From contig RSEE01000055.1 of assembly GCA_003971905.1 (NCBI GenBank), positions 248,001 to 312,000 of the forward strand: 64,000 nucleotides of DNA, in the 5' to 3' direction. Source of the DNA: Moniliella sp. 'wahieum' (Eukaryota). Both the position numbers and the translations under genes were made by a program. The notes beneath the pieces are model-generated. The model was not told the origin of the DNA, did no database searches, and saw only the letters and a list, made by a program, of their open reading frames with translations. This document shows positions 13,860 to 27,275 of the stretch, piece by piece. Within the stretch, counting starts at the first letter, position 1. Every line of letters begins with the position of its first letter.

Positions 13860-14440
13860 TTCCGGGCTCCGGGTCCTTGAGACTCATCACTTTATATTCG
13901 TTCCAGCGCCCAAACGTGTTGCTCACAGTCTTGGTTGCATATAGTACCATCGCGTCGTCATAGCCAAGAGGAAGAAATGTTCTTGAGTGCGTTTTCCTGG
14001 TACTTGGCGTTCTTGTCGCATTCTGCTTGTTCCAACAAACACAGTAGCTCCTTCTCCCGGTGTTCCAAAGGCGTTGTGATGCTCTCGCATACCACCCTCC
14101 GGTACGCAGTCGTCGCCTTTTGCGTTCCCGAGTCCCGCAATGTGTGGTCCACACATCGTTTTTCAATGATTCTCGCAATGCTCCAGGTTCCATCGCGCGG
14201 TAGTCAGTTCGCATCTCGGCTTTCTCCCACGCCTCGTCGCCTCCTCTTTTCCTCCAAAGCCCGCTTGTTCGGGCAGATGTGAGAGGCCGGCATAACTCGG
14301 ACGAAATGTCAAGGAAAAGAATGGCGCGAATGGGAGTCGAGCGCATGCTGGACCGCTCCCGGAACGGGAGGGAGGCGCGGCCATCTTAGACCTTACAGGC
14401 CTTACATCCGGGGGCCGATGGGTACTGCATAATGGAAGTC

Positions 14441-14464
14441 ATGCATCATGCATCATGCATCATG
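14441..14464. repeat. (ATGCATC)3 palindrome-plus-one heptamer repeat
   Basis: Read directly: atgcatc atgcatc atgcatc atg. Confidence 0.9.
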
Positions 14465-15488
14465 GGCAACGAGCCTGCTGGCGCAGGCTGGCGCCCATTG
14501 ACTACATGCGTCGTTGTGTCTGACCTGCCAGACAGCCCGGTGGATACCAGGCGATTGAAAAGTGCATCCCCATTCTCAGATCTGAGATGCGATTGGGTGA
14601 TTCATGCTCGCATGGGTGGCAAATGAGAGGTGACACACCGGTGACGCACAGGTGACGCCCCGGCGACGACCGAAGTGTGATGTTGATGACCGTCTGCGGC
14701 CAGGCCACTGGCAGGCCTTTGGGCTCGCAACGGGCAACATCGCACCATCCGCATGGCGGAATGGCGGAGTGGGCGCGTGTGATGCGTGTGATGCCGCCTG
14801 TGCTTGAGCGGACGGGCCTAAGGCCTAAATATCCAATGCGGGATGGAATGGCGATAGCAACAAGAGGATAGGTCGAGGAGGAGGCAGCTTGATCATCTGA
14901 ACTAGCACTCTGCAGGTAACGTGTTGGACGTTGGAGTACCCCGACCGACTACGAACTGAGTGTCAAGTTGAACGTGTTGAACATCGAGTACTTGAATACG
15001 TGGGGCAGGCGGTGGGGTGTATTGGGTACGAAGGAATTGTGGGGAGGTGGAGGGGCGCCTAGGTACCCACCGGGCGGCCTGTTAGGCCTTAGGCACAAGG
15101 CGCGTGTGGCGGCCAGGGCCAAGGGCTAGTGTAGCGCCCCAGTGGCGCGGGGCGCGTGATCGCAGCAGGCACAGGGGCAGCATAAGTGGTTAGCCCCGGC
15201 GCAGGGTTCAGACGAGCGCAGGGGCAGTGTGGAGCTTGGAGCAAAACCCTAGCGGGCGCTGATCCTGGCAAAAAGCAGGCCCGCGTCCTGGTCGGAACGG
15301 AATCGGGCAGGCGTGCGGGCAGTGTGCGCCCGGACGCAGTGCACGGGCCCCGAACAACAGCGGCGGCCTGCAGCAGCCAGCAGCAGCCTGCACTGCAGCC
15401 GGCCCGGGATTCAATAACTCAGGACTCCGACTCAGTGCTGGGTACTTCCAATTGCATCATGCCGCCGGACACGAAACATCCCGTTGGG

Positions 15489-15495
15489 TATAAAA
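15489..15495 (+). promoter_or_regulatory. TATA box of the quinone reductase gene
   Basis: TATAAAA about 75 bp upstream of ATG 15567. Confidence 0.6.
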
Positions 15496-15566
15496 CCCAC
15501 CCGCCGTCCCAACCCCCGCCTGCTTCTTCCCCCACCTGTCCTGCACTCGTCCACCTGTCCTGCACC

Positions 15567-16259
15567 ATGTCTACCACTAAGATCGCCATTGTCTACCACT
15601 CCTTCTGGGGCCACGTTGCCACCCTCGCCGAGGAGGCTGCGCTCGGCGCCAAGGCTGCTGGCGTTCAGGTCGACGTCTTCACCTTCCCCGAGACGCTCTC
15701 TGACGAGGTTCTCGGCAAGATGCACGCTGTCAAGGAGCTTGGCACCAAGCACCCCCACATTACCGCTGCCGAGCTGGCCAAGTACGACGGGGTAAGTTGT
15801 CCTTTCCCCTCTCTTCCGCGCCGATCCCGATTGGCTGACATGGTGGTTGCTTTCTTTTAGTTCCTCTTTGCCTTTGGCACCCGTTTCGGTCGTGCCCCGG
15901 CCCAGGTCTCGGCCTTCTTTGACACGACTGGTGGCCTCTGGGCCTCGGGTGCGCTCGTTGGCAAGTTTGGTGGTTTCATCACCTGCACTGCTGGCCAGCA
16001 CGGTGGCCAGGAGACGACGGCGCTCACCACCATCCCCTTCTTGGCCCACCACGGCATTATTTACGTGCCTATCGGCTACCAGTGGCCCCAGGTGAGCAAC
16101 ACGGATGTTGTCCAGGGTGGCTCGCCTTGGGGTGCCTCGACGCTGTCCAAGTCGGACGGCTCGCGCCAGGTCAACGAGGAGGAGAAGCAGGTTGCCAAGA
16201 ACCAGGGCGAGTACTTTGCCAAGACGGTGGCCACCTTTGTCAAGGGCAAGTCGGCCTAA
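15567..16259 (+). CDS. Flavodoxin-like NAD(P)H:quinone oxidoreductase (WrbA/Pst1/Ycp4 family), 2 exons (15567-15791, 15861-16259), 207 aa
   Basis: KIAIVYHSFWGHVATLAEE, ETLSDEVLGKMHA, YDG|FLFAFGTRFG, QHGGQETT, HHGIIYVPIG, GGSPWGAST. Clean 69-nt GTAAG..GCTGAC..TAG intron. Confidence 0.95.
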
Positions 16260-17174
16260 CTTCGATACACGGTTATGGCCCCAGCGATGCCAGCAAGGGG
16301 CGGCCGCTCGCCATACGACTGAGACGTTGTCGTTTTTGTAGAAGTGGTCCGTCAGCTGGATCTGCTTGCCGGTTTTGTGCAATTCATGTATACAAGTTCA
16401 TCCTGTGGGCCTGGCCTCGGACACGTTAGGTAGTCTTCATTCCCGCAGCGCCAAACGTTTGGCTTCAACACGTCGGCAGGATGCTTCTGCCGTTCGTCCT
16501 GGCCGCGCGTGGAGCTGCAGGCACTCTTCCACCCACGGCCGTTGGTCTTGCGCGGAGCTTTGTTGCGAGCAAAGCTTGTAATCTCGGAGCCGAATAACCA
16601 AAACGCTACGACCCTGCCGCCAACAGTGCTCGTTCCGCAGCGTCAGGGTAGGGAACTTAGGACTGTGCTTCCTATGGACTACTTCAAAGTCGATTAGGCT
16701 GTGGCCTTGGCTGCATAGCTAATCGAAATTTCTTACGCACAATCTTATGGGCCTTGCCCGCCTTGAATGTTGTACGTAGTCCTCATATATCTATCCGTAA
16801 CCTTGTCACCAGCATTTTCGATTAGCTATGTGCGTATACCAACCAGCTGCGGAAGGTTGAACGATAGGTGAGAAACACTTTCCAACGGGTTGATGATCAA
16901 CGCATGTCATGCAGTGCTGCGGGCGTTTTTGCCTGTCGTCACCGCGTCACCTCACCCCGTCCTAGTATGCGTTACGTTGTGGGCAACGGCCCTCGACATT
17001 CTCTCTTGATCACTTCCGTTCTTGATGGTAAGTGGGTCTGTCGATGAGTGTGAACCTTGTGTGCTATATACCGATGTCGAGCATCAAGGCCTTGGGGACT
17101 ACCAAAGCTACGACGCACACGTCCGTTCGATGATCGTGACCGCCGAGGAAGAGGAACGGATTCGCGGCACGCTA

Positions 17175-20100
17175 CTATATATACTCTGTTGGACCCAAGG
17201 TTGCTGAGCAGAAACAGGATAAAATACACACACTGGTCGCAGCCGACACTTGGCCACCTTCACACGCCCGCTGAGCCCGTCGCGGTCGAGTGCCCGTCCC
17301 CGCGTTCCTCCAACGTATCAAACAAGTCGGCCCACGCACTGACCCAGTCCACTCGGGCGGAAACATGGGCTGAAGCAGTCCGCTGGGCGCGGCGGCCGAC
17401 CGAGGTTCGGCCACTGGCTCGGCCGGTTCAGCGGCAGCCGTGGGCACCTGCGTGCCGGGCGGCGCGGGAGCGCCCGAGAGAAAGTACTGCATAAGTTCTT
17501 GTGAGCCTGCGGCTGTGCTGGTTGCTGGTGTGGCCACAGGCCCGTTCCCGGCCCACTCCTCCCCCATCGCAGGCACGCCAGCGGTCCCAGTGGCCGGGAG
17601 CGCATTCAGACCCGAAAGTGCATTGTTGGGCAACTGGGAGAGAAGGCCTAAGCCGCCCAGCTGGAACCCGCCCAAGGCAGCGATCGCTCCGAGATTGCCC
17701 AATCCACCGAGCGCAGGGTTCAGTGGCCCGCCCGGATGGGCAAGACCAATGTTGAGCATGTTGGTCTGCGGTGTCATGGCCGCTAAGCGGGACAGCTGCA
17801 CGTCCATCAGTTGCGCCAACTCGTCCCCCGTGGGCGTGGGCAGGACGGGGAAGTTGGGATGGGCAGCAGGAGCCGGGTCGTGCGCTGGTGGCACTTCCTC
17901 CTCAGTCTCCTCTTGGGAGCGGAGAAGTTGTTGTTGCAGGCCACGTTGGAACGTGGCCGAGATGAGCCGTTCGAGATTTTTGCTCACCCCTTGTAATACC
18001 GATCCTTCCACTGCCTGGCCTTGGTCTTGAGCCGATCAATGATCCATGTCAAGTTGTCCTCCATCTCCCGTGTTTCTTCCGGACTGTCAAAGCCATCACG
18101 CTTCCTGGCGCCGAGGGATCGGATCCATCGCCATGCGCGACTCGGCGGGCGCCGGGTGATGGAACGCCAAGGGATAAAACGTACGCGGGCGGTACCACAG
18201 GTCGGTAATCATAGCCAAGCATGCCTGGAAGAGATAGTAGCGTTGGATTCGGTCCCGGCGCGAAATCCACCCTTGGGCCGACATGAGCCGCGCCTCAATG
18301 ACCAATTGGCGTGCGCGCTCGAGCGCGCGCGGGACCGACGCTACAAACGGTTGGTCCGGGTACCGGTACCCCTTGCTCATGAACGGCCGATGCAGCTTGA
18401 GGGTACGGTAGTGCACGCCAGCGCGGATCAAGCTGGCCTGCTTTTGCAACCGACGAATGTCGAGACTGCGACGCAAGCCTTCCTGACCAAAGGTCAGGTC
18501 GGTGTCACGGTGGGTCCAGGTGCGCGACTCGAGGACCTGGTGCAGCTTTTGGTCCAGACGAAGCACTCTTGGTAGTCCACCTCCTCCCCTATCACTTCGG
18601 CCTGTACTGTCAAATCCACCACTTGCCGTGCCACATCGGCCGTTTCGAGCAGGCCGAGCCAGGCGTCGTGCGGGCTGGGCATCCCGCGCACGCTCTGGGA
18701 CCACCGCGCCGGCGCATAGGGCGGGGGGTGGTTGTAACTGTTTGGGTGGATGCCGTAGACCCATTCAGCCCGAGTGGTTCCAGTCCGTCATCGTCAACGC
18801 CGTCCACACCGCACGGCCAATCTCGAGATTGTCAACGCTCATCTGCACATCCGGATCCACCCACCAATGGCTCAGCTTGCGATTGGCCTTATCCAGGGTC
18901 TGGTCCAGATCCGGTCGTGGGGCCGGGCCCACCTCGGCCCCAACGCCCCTCTCCTCGGGACTGAGCGGAGCCTGAGCTTCCTCTGTCATTCCAGGGTACG
19001 GTGGGGTATCGGCGGCCGAGCCCAGCTTGTCCAGGCCCAGACGGCGTGCGGCACGGGTGGAGCCATCGAGGAGGTGAAGTAGATCCTTGTGCCGGAAACG
19101 GTGGGCGAGCGAGTTGACGGCAACCAAGGCGGCTTGCACCCCTTCCAGGGACGGGTGGGCAGCCAACTCTGTGGCCACCAAACATTCCAGTGCTGTGTCG
19201 AGCCAGTCGTGGAGTAGGGTGGAGATCTGGTCACTGCTGCGGACGAGGTTGAAAGAGATGATCGTGGTCGAAGCAGCAGCAGCTCCACAATCGCACTCAA
19301 CGCGAACAAGACATAGGCCAAAAACGTCAGTCGCGGTTGCGGTTCCCCAGCCCCGGGTCCCGTCCCCACCACGGGCTGCACCACCGCTGCCGGCCGTGTT
19401 GACGCAGGTGCGCCATCGTCCGCATCCACCAAGCGCTGGCGCATCACCCCGCCCGGGCCAGACTCGACAATGGTAGGTAACCGATTGGCACCCTTGGAAC
19501 CGAAGCAGCCCGTTACCGAGTCGTAGAGCAAATCCAACTCCTTCATCACAAAGTCCACTCGAACAAAGGGGGTAATCATGCCCAACTCCTCGAGGTACAT
19601 ATTGATCAGCTGCACCGTCTGGGGCTTGCCTGGCAGCAGCGCCAACGCCCGCGTCTTGGCTGTCGCTTCGTTCAGGGAGCTTTTCTGCAACACCCGCTCC
19701 CCAATCGCCAACAGTGCACTGCCATTCTCCTCTTTCCCACGCAGACCTAACCCTCCCAGGCCCACCGGTAGACCGGGATGCGTGCTGGACGTCGACACAC
19801 TTGGCGTCGTTCCACGATCTGCTTTCCACTTTTCTCCGCTGGGCGGCACCAGACCTGCGTCCCCAGCCGCGACAGGCCCTTCCCCCGCTGACTCGGGAGC
19901 ACGCCCACGGGAGCGACCACGAACTTCCTCTTCCTCCCCGCCTCTTTCCTGCGCATCCGTCTCGCCCTTTCCGTCGTCCTCCCCTCCCTGCCCTCGCGAT
20001 AGAGCCGCTGGAGACCCAAGACGGCCGAGGTTGTGTCCTGGTTGCCTAGTGTGTCCAACAGCTCCGTCGTATCCTGATTCCCCGACGCATACAGACGCGC

Positions 20101-21207
20101 TTGGGTCTCCGGGGGCGGACGAGAATGGGAATTGCGCCGGTTTCGCTCCGCTGCTTCAGCCACAATGGCAAACGCCGGCATCCCTGCTCGTCGTGGGCTG
20201 CCAGCGGTCTGGGACGAAGTGCGGGCCATGTGACTGGGCAGGTGCGGGCTGGCAGCCGTATGAGGGGACGAAGGGTGGGTGACGGTGGAAGGAGAGGCGG
20301 ACGAGGGTGCGGAACGGGCTGGTTTGTTGGCGTCCATGGCGGTTAGGAGGGCGTGGAGCCCCGAGGGACCTGGCGGTCCAGGGCTGCTGGAGGTCGGGGG
20401 GGAAGTTGAGGCCGAAGCCACGGGGGGGGGATACGGTTGGGATGCGAGGGAACCGGCGGGTACATTGATCTGGGCGGCCAAGCGAGCGGCGTTGGTGCGT
20501 GCCTGCATGGCCAGCTGGGCATGCGTGGCGGCCGAAGGGGTGGAGCTGGGCGTGGCAAGGGAGGCGGGGTGAAGGTGGCAGGAATGGCGAGCGGGGGTGG
20601 GTTGGGCCCACTGCCCGGGCCGGGAGGTGGACGGAACCGCTTGGCAAGGTACCTCTCCTCTTCTCCCTCGTCCTCCTCGTCCTCGTCCTCCTCCCCACTG
20701 TCCTCCGACTCGCCCGACTCGCCCTCGGGCCCGCATACTCGTACCCCGCCTCTGGCCTGCCTGGCAACCCCGCACCGGGTGGCAAATGCTCCCCGGCGCG
20801 CTGGCGCGCCGCCTTGATGGCCTTGCGTCTTGCCCTTCGTTTTTCGCCCTCGGCCATTTTGCGCAGCCGACTTTCCCGCTGGTCCACTGTCTCATAGTCC
20901 CGCTCATCGCCAAACTTGCATCCGCCCGCGGATCTTGCGACGGATGCATGCGGAACACCCGGGTACCTGACGGTCGCATCTGTGCGGGTGTCAGCATGCT
21001 CTGCCGGGGCGGGAGGGCGGGAGGGGGGGAGGAGGTGCGTACTTGAGCTTGCGGTGGCGGCACTCGGTGCAGGAGATGGGCTGGCGCTGCTTGCGCGGGC
21101 GCTTGCCATGTGGCGGGGGGGGCGGGGCGGACGGGGGCGGAGGGGCGGCGGAGGGGGGGAGAGAGGGAGTGGGCGACGGACGGGGCGGGCGGGAGGCTGG
21201 TGCTCAT
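17175..21207 (-). CDS. Zn(II)2Cys6 binuclear-cluster transcription factor with fungal-specific TF domain (frameshifted)
   Basis: Splicing the 63-nt intron 20980-21042 and correcting one indel gives KRPRKQRQPISCTECRHRKLKCDRQVPGCSACIRRKI..GCKF (six Cys). Downstream segments resemble the Fungal_trans middle homology region (HPSLEGVQAAL, ARRLGLDKLG, EIGRAVWTALTMTDW, LKLHRPF). 3' end approximate. Confidence 0.88.
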
Positions 21208-21957
21208 GGCCACGGAGACGGAGGGAAGGGGGCGCCGGAGCGAGCGGATGGTGGTTGGCTTGTTCGGCGGCGGGCTGCTGGGCGCTGAGGCTAGCTGGGC
21301 GTGGCGTGGCGTGAGGTGCCGCCATTCGTGACTGAAGAGCCCCGATTGGCTACGCGAGCGGAGCGGAGCAGCGCCAACGCGCGCAAGGCGCATACGCCTC
21401 CTGTGCCTCTTCGCACGGAGAAGTGCTGCGGTTAAGTCCGTGTCTCGCCCCGCCCCACTTGAATATTGAATCTTTCTGTGGCTCCCGCGTGCCAGCCGCC
21501 GCCGCCACGCGGTCGCCCCTGCGGAGTTGTATGTAACCCTAGCACCACGTGCTCCCGCCCAGACCACATGCCCCCTGGCGACCCTGTTGAGCTGACATTA
21601 TGTACCTTGACACACGCAAGAACCGATCACTGTCAATATCGATTGGACGACGGACGACGGAGCGCGGAGAGGGAGAGGGGGACAGAGGGATACGGAGGAC
21701 TTGAGAGGAAGAGGAGGAGCATAGGGGGGGAACAGGTAAATTCATATGGGCAGCCACGGCTAGCACCATGGACCGGAGAACAGACATGAGATCGTCGATG
21801 CGATGCAAACGTAAAACGCCTCTTCGACCCGGCCAGGACATCGCCAGAGCTGTCCTGCATCGCCCCGCGGCACATTCGACTGGCTCTGGGTGTCGCCCTG
21901 GGCCAGGGACGCCGTTGTACCAGCACACAGTCAGGCCGAAGGGGCTCCACATAAAAT

Positions 21958-22562
21958 CTATGGCAGGCCTAGCCACGCTTTAGCACAGGCTTCTTGTGGA
22001 AAAAGACGGGCACGCAGCTTGGTGTACACCACCTTGGCGCCCTGGGTCTGGGGCAGCATGAGCCACACAAGGATGATGGCCTTGAAGGTGTAGTAGAAGG
22101 GGACCCAGTGGAGGATGATCGACGAGAACGACTCGAGGATGGTAAGGAAGCCAAACGAGACCCAGTAGGTCAGCCACTGCACATCGTCGTCCTTGGCCGG
22201 CGTCTCAATCGCGCGGAGGGAGAAGTAGGCGGGCAGGGCAAAGCCGAGAATGGTGGTGAAGAAGTTGGCGGCAATGTTGAAGAAGATGGCGATGGCCAGG
22301 AGGAAGAAGACACCAAGGGTGCCGTACGCCTTGGGCACGTGGGTCGTCTGCTCAAGCTTGACCAATGCCGGGGTACTTCTCCAGCTGCGAAAGGAGAGGA
22401 AGCAAATCAGTACTGGGGACAAGGCAACGGGGGAAGCAGCTGCGCACGACGTACCTCCTTGTCGATCTGGGCCACGTAGTACTGGACCTTGGTGTGGACC
22501 GACTTGAGCTGGGGGGGAACGTTGACGTTCTGGAGCTGAGGGGGGGCCTGGAAGGAGGACAT
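21958..22562 (-). CDS. YOP1: ER-shaping protein Yop1 (TB2/DP1/HVA22, REEP family), 2 exons
   Basis: YVAQIDKE|LEKYPAL..LEQTTHVPKAY, LGFALPAYFSLRAIETPAKDDDVQWLTYWV, WVPFYYTFK, LMLPQTQGAKVVY. Intron 22385-22454 and one extra C in a homopolymer after it. Stop approximate. Confidence 0.93.
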
Positions 22563-23312
22563 GGCGAGCAGAGACGGAGGGTGGTGTGTGGCAGGGGGGG
22601 GGGAGGAGGGGTGTGGCGCTGGGCTGAGTGGTGGTGCGGGTACGAAGGACAGAAACGTTTGCGCCTGCAGGCGAGCAGGGTTGGAGCAAACCGCGCTTGT
22701 GCGCTTGGGCTGCGGGCGGGCTGCTGTGCGGGCGTGCGGCCGCCTGCCGGGGGGCGGATTCACACAGCGTCAGCGCTCAGCCCGCCGGCGGCACGAGCGC
22801 ACTGCCGCCGTGCCGGGGAGCGGCACTGGCGCGGCCGGGCGGCTGTGCTGTGAGAGCGTCATGCTGGGCACGCCGCCGCCCCGCGCAGCACTAGGCTGCA
22901 CTGCCCCCGCCCTTCCCAGTAGACGGGCAGTGTGGGCGTCTGGCCCTGGGCAGGCCCACGTCATCGGTCCCTCATCGGCCGCCATGGTGCCGGCCACACG
23001 AGCCCCACGTCGGAATCGGCGACAGATAGCCGCACCAATTGCCGCAGCATCAATCGCCTGCTGCGATGGCTACGACCGTCCTGGCCTCAGGCTCAGGTCT
23101 CGTCCTGCTTCCGCCGACCTCATGTGCCACCACATGGCCCCATCCCGAGCGCCTAGCCCCCCTCAAAATTTGCATGCAACGGGCGTGAATAAAAACCAGA
23201 GGGATATGTGACCAAACCATCTCCAACACGGGGCTCTTCAGCTGTGGCACTATGTAGCCAGTTCTTTCCAACTATTACAGTGGCCAAACATTTTTTGGCC
23301 GTCGTGGTATCA

Positions 23313-23354
23313 GGAGATGGAGATGGAGATGGAGATGGAGATGGAGATGGAGAT
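23313..23354. repeat. (GGAGAT)7 microsatellite
   Basis: Read directly from the sequence. Confidence 0.95.
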
Positions 23355-23382
23355 GGGGGGAGGGATGGTGAGATTACCGGAT

Positions 23383-23630
23383 GGTCCTCGAGGGTGATGC
23401 AATCGCACTGTGATGGTGATGGTCTAAGCCAGCCATTCTACAGAGGACCATCAGACAGCCAGTTACTACCATCAGGAGCTAAAAGCTGCGGAACAAGAAA
23501 GACAGGAGAGAGAAAACAACGGAACTCCTAGGCTGGGAGGATGTGAAGGGACGTTGGCCGCAAAACACGAGCCATCCGGCGGCTCAACTAAGATAGGGAT
23601 CATATTCATCTAGTGGAATCAAGGAGGCAA
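23383..23630 (+). repeat. Dispersed repeat copy 2 (inverted relative to the copies at 13.6 and 40.7 kb)
   Basis: GGTCCTCGAGGGTGATGCAATCGCA..GGTCTAAGCC..CTACAGAGGACCATCA..GCGGAACAAG..CAGGAGAGAGAAAACAAC..TGAAGGGACGTTGGCC matches the reverse complement of the other two copies. Confidence 0.75.
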
Positions 23631-25035
23631 GACATATATACCTCGGAGAAGAGGGGACCATGCGATAGAGATGAGTGCCCGTTGCCACAGGGTCCGCATG
23701 CATGCGTCCCTGTCAATACTTACTGGGCGGTCTTCGCAGCCGTCTGGCATACTCCAACAAGGAGAAGGATTGTAATACCTTCCTTCTGCGTCCCAGAAGA
23801 GGCATCATCGTTGCCTCTTCCTGCGAGCCATTTTTCGGAACGCATGTGCCTTACCTCTTGCGTGCTCCAGCCCTCTCTATTAACTGGAAGAAGTGGAAAT
23901 GCGGCTGAGGAGGTTACTCAAATGTAAGTGTCTCTAATGGCTGTTAATATAACAGCACTCTAGGGATTAGGGCACGCTTAACCCATGAGGCCCAGAGCTC
24001 CAAGGCCTATCGGGCTGCTAAGGCTGAGCATCAACGCGCGGAGCGCATGAGCATCGAGTGCAGCAAACGCACCTTATTATTGGCTAGACGGAGAGATGTG
24101 TCGCCACGACATTCTGGCAGCTATATGCGCAAGGTGGGAGAAGAACGTGAGTTAGTTCTGGTATTGTAAGAACGGTTGATGCACATCTATGAGGGATGCC
24201 CTTATTGCAGCTCTTTTGTAATTGGCGACGGTAATCCCTTTCCCCCTAATGGGCTCCAAACGATATAGAATGAGAGAGGCAGATCAACCTGTTGACCGTC
24301 GCTGTCAGCGGCGCCATGCACATAGCAGATCATCATCACCTCTGGTGCTGTTCTGTCGTGAAGTTCACCCCTCTTCTCGCACGGGGAACATCAGGGGGCG
24401 ATCGGGGTGATCTCTGGGCATGAAACTTGCTGGCATCCACCATCGGGGCCATGAGACCCGAAGAAACGGAAGAATGTGGCGGGGAATGGGTTGTTCTTCA
24501 CGTTCATCCCCTCCCCTTCTGTCACCGCCCCTCTGTGCGCCACCGCCTCATATTTAAGCTATTATGAAGGGGCATTAGGATGGAAGACAGAAGCACTCAT
24601 CGATAATTCACCTTGACTCCGTTTGCTGCGGCAAGCAGGGGTCGGAAAGACGGGGTCCAGTTGATATGCCCTGAGCATCGGTGCTGTGATGCTTTCCTTG
24701 GGTGACGATGGGACACCCTTCCATTCCAAAAGCAAAGAGGGGATAAACCCTTCGATGCAGCGTAGACGCCACCCTATATTCAACCGGGACATGCTGGAGA
24801 TCTGAACCGCCCTTGAGGTGTTGTCTCCAACAGGCCACACGCTTTGTGATGGCAGAGCCTTGGTTGATAAGCGGACGTTGTTGATGCAGTAGCCAAGAGT
24901 CCATCGTCAGTCTTGAATATACGAAACTTTTCTACAGCAACATCTTGGATGGAGGGTAGCATCAGCACTGGCCTGAGAGAGGGAGATGCATTGCCAGCAA
25001 AGAGGAAGGAGTGCGGGAGGAGAGAGCACACCATG

Positions 25036-25110
25036 ATCGATCATCGATCATCGATCGTAGGCGATCATCGATCAGATCGATCACTATTCGCTAGTCACGC
25101 ACTAGTCACT
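25036..25110. repeat. (ATCGATC)3 plus degenerate copies, followed by ACTAGTC-type units
   Basis: atcgatc x3 at 25036-25056, then degenerate gatc repeats and ctagtcac..actagtcac. Confidence 0.85.
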
Positions 25111-25382
25111 TGCGATTTCAGCAATTTTTCTTCTTGCGCCACGCGCGAGCAACGCTTGCCCACCCACCAGCCGCTCATGCAGCTCCTGGGCTCATAGCGC
25201 AGCCAGCGCCAGCCTCCAACATCGGGAGAGAGGGAAGAGAGCATCTTGTGGTACGGGAAGCTATTAAGCCCGCACCTACTCCCCACTTCCATCTTCAGCC
25301 GGCAGTCTCCTGTGCTGGAGGAACCGCTTCTCTCGCTCTTTCCTCCTCCGCGTCTTTCTTCCGACACCACCCACCAACCCCC

Positions 25383-26287
25383 ATGCCGCTCTCCCCTCCA
25401 CTCGGTGGCCCCACGCCCTCCCGCTCCCCCTCCCCTCCCGACTGGCAGTGCCCTCTGACCCCACTCCTCCAGCTTCCCCCCACGCCTTTCCCCGCCAACC
25501 GAAAAAAAGTCTCACCGGCCGCCGTCCTTCATGGGTCTCGTCCGACCGCCCCCGCCATCCCCTCACCGCCACAGGCCCGCCGCGAGCTCAGCGCTCGAAT
25601 TGAACGCCAACATCCTGCTCCAAGGATGGGCCATGAAGAAGAAGCGCAAACGTATGCAAGGTTTGTCATTTTCCCTCCCTGCCCCTTTGCCGAGACTGTA
25701 AGAGACTGACCGAACGTGTTGCGCAGGGTATGCCATGCGCTACCTCACCCTTTCCGCGATGGGCACACTACAATATGCTCTTTCCTGGAAGCGAAGTACG
25801 GGACGAGATTGAGATTCCAGATGCTCGGGTTCTCAGTTCCCCCCGCGACCTCTCGATCCACGTCGACAATGGCGAGGTGGTTTTCCACCTGCGCATGTTG
25901 ACCGAATCTGATTTTCAGCTTTGGAGAGAGACTTTGCGCGACCTCGTCCTCACCTCCACCGCAGACGTCTCCCGCCCCGTCTTCGCGCCCAAACCAGGTA
26001 CCAACAATTTGTGCCACGAAGACTTGGCCCCTGTCCTACGTTCGGCACGTAGAATGCAGACGCTTGTCGCACAGGCTCACACACTCCATCTTGATCACCT
26101 CGGCACCCACTTTGCCCGAGTAGAACAGGACTTGCAGGCGATCACCTCTTTCTTTGATACCCACATCCCCGTCCAGGGTCCTGCGCCGGGAACAAATCGT
26201 CGCCTCACCGGATCCTTCGCCGACGTCGAATTCTTAGATCACGCTCTAGGAGGAAGCCAATCTTCGCTGAAGGATAACGAGGCGTAG
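25383..26287 (+). CDS. PH-domain protein, Osh3-like PH, no oxysterol-binding domain visible (frameshifted, 1 intron)
   Basis: Splicing 25661-25726 and correcting an indel gives LLQGWAMKKKRKRMQG|YAMRYLTLSAMGTLQY..PGSEVRDEIEIPDARV..DLSIHVDNGEVVFHLRMLTESDFQLWRETLR, which resembles the Osh3-type PH domain. Pro-rich N-terminus; start uncertain. Confidence 0.7.
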
Positions 26288-27275
26288 CTTTCCTTGTGGT
26301 TTTGCTGCCTTGATACCCTCTGCCTCACTATCGTTGTGGAACCTGTATCCTCGCCGTGTGTTTGGCGATGATACTGAAAGCAGGGGAAGCTTTGGTGGTC
26401 AAACTGGGTCTGAGAGTCCTTTTGGTATTGGAGCCCCTACGCATTCTCCCCCAGCTGAATTTCTACGATTGGGGCGTACAATGGTGCCACCTTCCATCTC
26501 TTCTCTTCTCGTGTGCCATCTGAAGAATGATCCCGCGATTTCTCTTCACCCTCTCAATCTGTGGCGCGCGATAAGGCTGTTTTCGAGTCCTCCCCCGTAT
26601 CCCCCCTGTTTGATGGATGTGGTTGAAGGTGATATACAACTTACCTAGTGCATGCGACGTATCCTTGTGCAATGCTCGAGGGATCATGGAGACAATATAA
26701 AGAAAGGATATGCACCCTATACCAATCTCGCTGCTCTATATGGAAATTGTATGTGGAGAGCTGTCAAATGCGACTTTCATCAGGATCGGCCCCCAGATCG
26801 ATCCTCAGAGGCTCATGCAGCTAGAGCTCTTCGCTCGGTTTAGTAGGGAAAGGATGTTACGAAGCACAAAAGGAGGGTGTACTGTTGCATTAGATCTTGT
26901 GGATCAATTCTTTGGCAACGGGACAATTTCGGCCAAACTTTAAGCTTTCTCCACACTTCATTAGTAGCAGTGGCCATATAGTGATCGTAACCCTATTCCA
27001 GCACCATGTGCTGTTGCGGCTGTTCAGGGGACGTCGCCATTAGAAAGCCACTCACCCGCTGGAGCGTTGTGGAGCAGGCTTTGGGGGTAGTGGGGTTCAA
27101 GTGGAGATCCACATGCAATTCCTCAGTCCCACTTCCAACTGCACGAATACTAGGTAACGCAAGGCAATGCCTCGTCTCCTTCACTTTCTTTAAAGAGGGC
27201 ACATCCCTCTCATGCTACTACTTGGCCCCCACCCTCTCATCTCTTCCTCTCTCCATCCCTCCCACGATCCACAAC

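Noticed and set aside
23275..23300. TA-CAGTGGCCAAA resembling a Tc1/mariner terminal inverted repeat
   Set aside because: I found no inverted partner or transposase, only a short local hairpin.
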